Translations under genes and position numbers: made by a program
Assembly: GCA_964247055.1 (NCBI GenBank)
Contig: OZ176055.1
Location: 5,704,001-5,768,000, forward strand
DNA: 64,000 nucleotides
Direction: 5' to 3'
Source of the DNA: Paragordius varius
Lineage: Eukaryota; Animalia; Nematomorpha
Shown here: positions 58,799-64,000 of the stretch, piece after piece
Numbering within the stretch: position 1 is the first letter of the stretch
Layout: every line of letters starts with the position of its first letter
Notes under the pieces: generated by a model
The model's database searches: none
What the model saw: the letters and a program-made list of their open reading frames with translations, nothing else
Told to the model about the DNA's origin: nothing

Positions 58799-61700
58799 AT
58801 GAAGAAGATGAATAATTCGTCATGTTCAGACTTTTCAATCGATTCTCTGCTCAACAAGTATAAATCATCGCCACAAAATTTTGGACATAAAAATTTTAGC
58901 GATAAAAGTAATATAGGGATTAAAAGTAATCAAAATATGTTTGCAAATAACCCTAATTACACAAACAATGATAATGGCAAACGGTTATTGTTACAGCATC
59001 GTTGGAAGAATGGTTTAAAAAACAAAATAAAACGATGACCGATTCCTCTATGCACCCAAATTTTGTATGCAATATCAATCATAACATAATAAACAACACC
59101 AACTATAAAAATGTTGCAAACAATCATGAATATTATGAAAATAATTCCATGTTGGATATTAAGGCACCCATAATCCCTCCAGAACATGTCAATAATTTTG
59201 CGTTAACGGTAGAAAAAAAGAGTGCTAGCATTGAACCTTCGGTCATATGTACTTCGCGTTCATCATTTAATTCATCATTCCTTCGTTTGTATACAGGAGG
59301 TAGAGCTGGTGGTAACTTGCACACCAATGAAGGGGCCATCGAATTATTTTCGAGTTTTGATTCGTTTTCTTCACTTCGTTCCATACTTTCGCTTCAAAGT
59401 GCTTATCTTGGGGCTAATTATTATCAGCGAGGGCAAAAAGCTGAAACGCAGTTTAATACAAATTACCATGCTGCACAGAGCTTTGCTGTGCATGAGATGA
59501 ATAATAATAACATAGCTAACCAAATGTGTTTGGACAACAATAATAATACACAACAAGGTGGTCAAACCTTTAATCCTTCTTCATGTAGTATAAATAATGG
59601 TTTATTTCATCCTTACTGCCCTGTAGACTCAAGCACACAACAGTTTAATTCAATGATTAATAATGAAGCAGTTTCTACTTTTGTGCAATCCAACTTTCTT
59701 CCATGCCCTTTCCCATTAATGCATCCAAATATGTCTTATGGCGGCGGCTATCCATATTATCCAGTTTATCCGTATAACCAAATTCACAATAATAATAATA
59801 ATAATAATTTACAGCCCTTTCTTCCCACATCCTATGATTTTCTTACTTATCAACATCATGATCAAGGGGTATATCAACAGAATAATTGCTATCCAAATTT
59901 GGCATCTATGAAGTCCAACAATTTGCTAAATCATTGTCCCTCAGAAAATATAAATATGAATTATGTGCAATCCATAAATTATAATAGCATAAATGGTAAA
60001 AATTAACTTAACTTATGAATTATAATTGTATGCTAGAAAGTTTGCTAACACTTTAAAACGTATTTTATAGCATAATTACAGAAAAATATATAAAAATAGG
60101 TAAACTTTTGAAGATTTGCGGAAGCACGAATTTTAATTTAAACTGCTATGATATAATATTTTAAATATACCCGCGCAAATATTAATACTGATCAATTTAG
60201 AAATTTATAAATAAAACCAAAAAAAAATTATTTATGCCTGATAGATCAATTATGTTTTATTTTTATTTAGCACCTGGTGACTGCACAAATAATGGATTAC
60301 TAATTCCAAAAACAGAGGTTAAATTTTGACTTTATCGAAATATCAAAATTAAATACCATCCATACACTTGTATAAGTATTAATGTGTTAATTTTAACAAT
60401 TTAATAAAATTATTTGTTAAACGCAAAAAACATTTATGTTGGTTTATTTTATATATTTGATCGATTGAATGCATTCATGACTTTAATTGTGACCATTTTA
60501 TATATAAAAACAGTCAAAAACTTTTAAACTTTGTTAACCATAATTTAAATCAGTGGTAGTCACAAAAAAATTTTAGAGGGCCGCAAAAAGAATTGGTCTC
60601 ACGGGCCGCGCACCATATAATTTTGAAAAAATTTTTATAGCTGTTTGACCTATTAGGACATATTATAAGTAAATACATCAACAATATAAATATGCTTTTA
60701 AACGATTGATAATTTTTTTCCATTATCAATTATTGAGCGAGAGTTTTACAAAAAATAAAGAAACTTTTTTGGTAGGTTACTGGCAAACATGCTTCTAAAT
60801 GTACTTAGATCGGTTTTTATTTTATGTATTTTCATGTCTGTTAATAGTTTGATGCACAACAATTTGCAACAATTTCCACAAATAATTCAGATTTAACCAA
60901 TGAGAAAAATTCCATTTCAAGAAAATCCAAAATGACCCATAAAATTTTGTCAAAGTTTCGCCAAAATGCAACTACTTCGATACGGAACTCTAAAAAGCAA
61001 AAAAGTTATATTATTAATTTGTCGTTTTAATATTTTTAAACATATGTAGTTTCGCATTTTTTTAAAGAATATAATTTAATCAAACAATGAATAGGATTGT
61101 AACTAAAAACAAAATTAAACATTTTATTATAAAATTAAAATTTATATTTTAAGTTAATTGAAAAATTTTTTATAGATCGGACTTAAAATATAGGAACTCC
61201 ATTTTGCTACCACGCTATGTGCTAAGGATTGAATAAAATATAAGTTAAGCAACTTAGCCTTATATTTATTCTTTTATTAATATAATTAGATAAAATGGAT
61301 AACACTCCCAATTGTACCGATGATTTAAATGGTCATCATAAAAAGATTGATGATTATATCAACAGGGGTTCCAGTAACATTTGCCCTATTAGTAGTACAG
61401 TATGTTCCAACAATACCGTTCAAGTCAATGAAATAACAACTAGTCACGAAACTGAATACAAGTGCCAATGGGAGGGATGTTGTGCCTCATTTCATCGATT
61501 AGATATTTTCGTACAGGTAAAAGTTTATAAAAATTTGTTATTTGAAAATTAGAAATAAATAGTTCCATTTATAACTTTTTAATTAATTTATATACCCCAT
61601 AAAGTGTTAGAATAGCTAAGATCGAACCTAACCGACAATAAAATAAGCATCTGTTAAATTTGTATTATTACAATGACTATTTAAAATACAACACTTTTAA

Positions 61701-63713
61701 ATAAAAAAAATATTTTAATATAATTTATGTAATGGTTAAATATAATTTTTATATGTAGTATACAAGCGCAAGAAAAATTATCGGTTACGAAACAAATCTT
61801 TATTACTAATATCATTGACCAAATATTTTCAATTAATATATTGCCATTAAGTTAAAGTGTGAAACAGATTTTTTAGTACATGCTAAAAAAACCGTATGAT
61901 TAAGATCAAAACTAGTAAGCCAAAATATATGAAACGGATGCACTATTACCTGTGACACAAAAAATATCCTTTATGAAAATTAAATCAGGGATCTCATGCT
62001 GCTTTTAGTTTTGGGTCTTTTTAAAAAATTTTAACCTATAAATCGCAAGTGCATAATGATCAATAAATTTTTTGTTGAAAGATAGAGGCTTATTACAATT
62101 ATCATAGCTATATTCTAAACAAAACAATATTTATATAAAATTCATAGTTTTAGAGAGTCGAAAATTTTTGGACCATTTAGTGGAGCAATAAACTCAAAAA
62201 TGCCGAGATGACCCGATAAAAATTTTAATATATGGTTGATCATGGGTGCCCAACATAAATGACTTCGCGGGCCGGATTCAAAAAATACGACGTGCCTTCG
62301 AAAAATATATCGGCATCAATAAATGTTTTATTAGATTTTAAAATAAGACAAAAACTTCAAACACAATATAATGGTATAAATTTTTTGCTAGCACATTGCC
62401 AAAATTTGAGAAGAGGTATTCGGAAAATTTGTTTAGGCATTATCAATTTTATAGATTTCTTAATTTGCAGTTTTTAATTATAAAAATGTTTTATTTGGTA
62501 TTTGTTTATCGCGAGCTGCTTAGAAATATTTAAGAGGGATGTGTGTTGGGCACCCCTGTGCTAGATTATGTATTTCAAAGATATATTTTTGAATGCTTTG
62601 AGATTTGAATGTTGACAAAATTTGAGCATACATCATGCTATTATAAAGCATAGTACAAATGGTAAAATCGCTTTTAGATATTATTAAATCACTTTTTTGT
62701 ATAATTCGTTGATGTTGTTGAGCATTCCGTTAAAAAATTCTTCATCTTATAAAATTTATATAAAATTGTTATAAAAAGACAATATTTTCTCTAGCATATA
62801 AATGATTTTCACATTCGTATGCAACATAACCACCAAAATAATTATTGTTCACCGGGTGCATCAAATTCTCCCACCTCGTGCGATAACGAAATGCCAGGAA
62901 CCTCCGCTAATTATTATTATAGTAATGCGATTTCAAACCAAAAATCAATGTCTTCCAATTCCTTCAAAGATTACATATGTTATTGGCGAAATTGTGAAAG
63001 AAACCGGGTACCTTTCAAGGCTCAATACATGCTGATTGTACATATGCGTAAACATACGGGAGAAAAGCCCCATAAGTGTTGGGTATAAATTTTGTTACAC
63101 ACTTTCATAAAATTTTTTAAACCTTAAATCTCGATTATAGTGTAATACTCCCTTATTGATATCTCTAAACACATAAATATGAGTTTCATTTGGTGAGCAT
63201 GGCTTAAATGTTGACTTTTTAGGCTCGTTACATAATTTTGTTATAAACATGATATTAAAATTTTAAAAATATTATTTGGTCTCAAAAAAATCGTAAAATA
63301 ACAAAACCGAATATTTGCTAGCCATTATTTCTAAAATAACCTTGAAAATAAAAATTTATTATACATATGCTGCAATCTAGGGCTTTTTAACTCTATTAAT
63401 TTGCCGACAATATAACAACAATTTGCTATTAGAGTGTTTATGCTTTTAAATTAGAACTAAGGACTGTTTTAAAAAAGCTCATAAGCAGATGTGTACTAAT
63501 CATTCCCAATTTGTTAAATAAAATATAATTAAAATGTAATTTATTTAGTTTCCGCACTGTGATAAAGCCTATTCTCGTTTGGAAAATCTAAAAACACACA
63601 TACGAGGACACACAGGTGAAAAGCCATACAAATGCGAATTTCCAAATTGCAGCAAAGCCTTTACTAATGCATCTGATCGAGCAAAACATCAAAACAGGAC
63701 CCATTCTGATGCA
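58799..63713 (+). CDS. GLI: GLI/Cubitus interruptus family C2H2 transcription factor, 5' part (exons 58799-58925, 58997-59995, 61290-61516, 62795-63082, 63549-63713; ZF5 and C-terminus lie beyond the window)
   Basis: ZF1 CQWEGC...HINDFH; ZF2 [21 protein letters not shown]; then [37 protein letters not shown]. These are GLI-diagnostic (GLIS has FNARYKL; ZIC differs). A 71-nt intron (58926-58996, CTAAT branch-like site) joins the two 5' ORFs; an alternative in-phase donor lies at 58908. The start codon is less certain. Confidence 0.9.
62241..62558. mobile_element. hAT MITE in a GLI intron (a related lone left end at ~60551-60625)
   Basis: TIRs CATGGGTGCCCAACA / TGTTGGGCACCCCTG, degenerate 8-bp TSD TGGTTGAT/TGCTAGAT, internal GCGGGCCGG motif. 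Confidence 0.72.
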
Positions 63714-64000
63714 GTAAATATTATCCACTTCATTATTTTAATATTTTAAAGTATAAGATTGATTGGATATATATATTATTTAATTTATATTTTAGAAATA
63801 TTTACCGTAATTAAAATTAGACAAGAAAAACGTAAATAAAAGACAAATATTAAAAATGAAAACCATACACCTATTCGAACCTTGATTTTTCCTACATAAA
63901 CCATAAAATCAAATTATATTATAAAAGTACCAACCAATATCTCTGATATACCTTTCGCATACAAAAATGAGTTATATTAAAAATAAAAGATTTATATAAC

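Noticed and set aside
58799-59038. Overlapping out-of-frame ORFs at the GLI 5' end as a programmed frameshift or pseudogene
   Set aside because: A canonical 71-nt GT-AG intron (58926-58996) with a CTAAT branch-like site restores the frame and matches the local short-intron size.

Overview
Very AT-rich, intron-dense DNA from an animal; the species cannot be identified from the sequence alone. I built six protein-coding gene models by hand, checking GT-AG sites and reading phase at every junction: (1) TPD52 family (-, 1481-7401); (2) a secreted ENPP1/3-type phosphodiesterase with a nuclease-like domain (+, 12212-23963, 20 exons, 899 aa); (3) a compact EGF-SEA-EGF-EGF-TM protein (+, 28495-32015); (4) an SLC6 amino-acid-type transporter (-, 32036-41151) with a tRNA-His gene in intron 2; (5) paraplegin/SPG7 (+, 45014-52646); (6) a GLI/Ci zinc-finger factor (+, from 58799, running off the window). 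Introns and intergenic DNA hold two decayed mariners, hAT MITEs, foldback/palindromic MITEs, a non-autonomous Helitron family with internal repeat arrays, and a three-level nested insertion. Best leads: an ENPP linker with KR-flanked peptide-like segments and an altered nucleotide slot; an SLC6 with Asp at the TM7 Na1/Cl- position and a rewired TM8; a GLI with an eh1-like motif, no SUFU motif and a long ZF1-ZF2 linker; an apparent 28-nt intron in SPG7; tandem copies of an SPG7 exon-intron junction; and two convergent genes whose stop codons are 20 nt apart. Family alignments are from memory, not database searches. Most short ORFs in the supplied track are spurious or are single exons.
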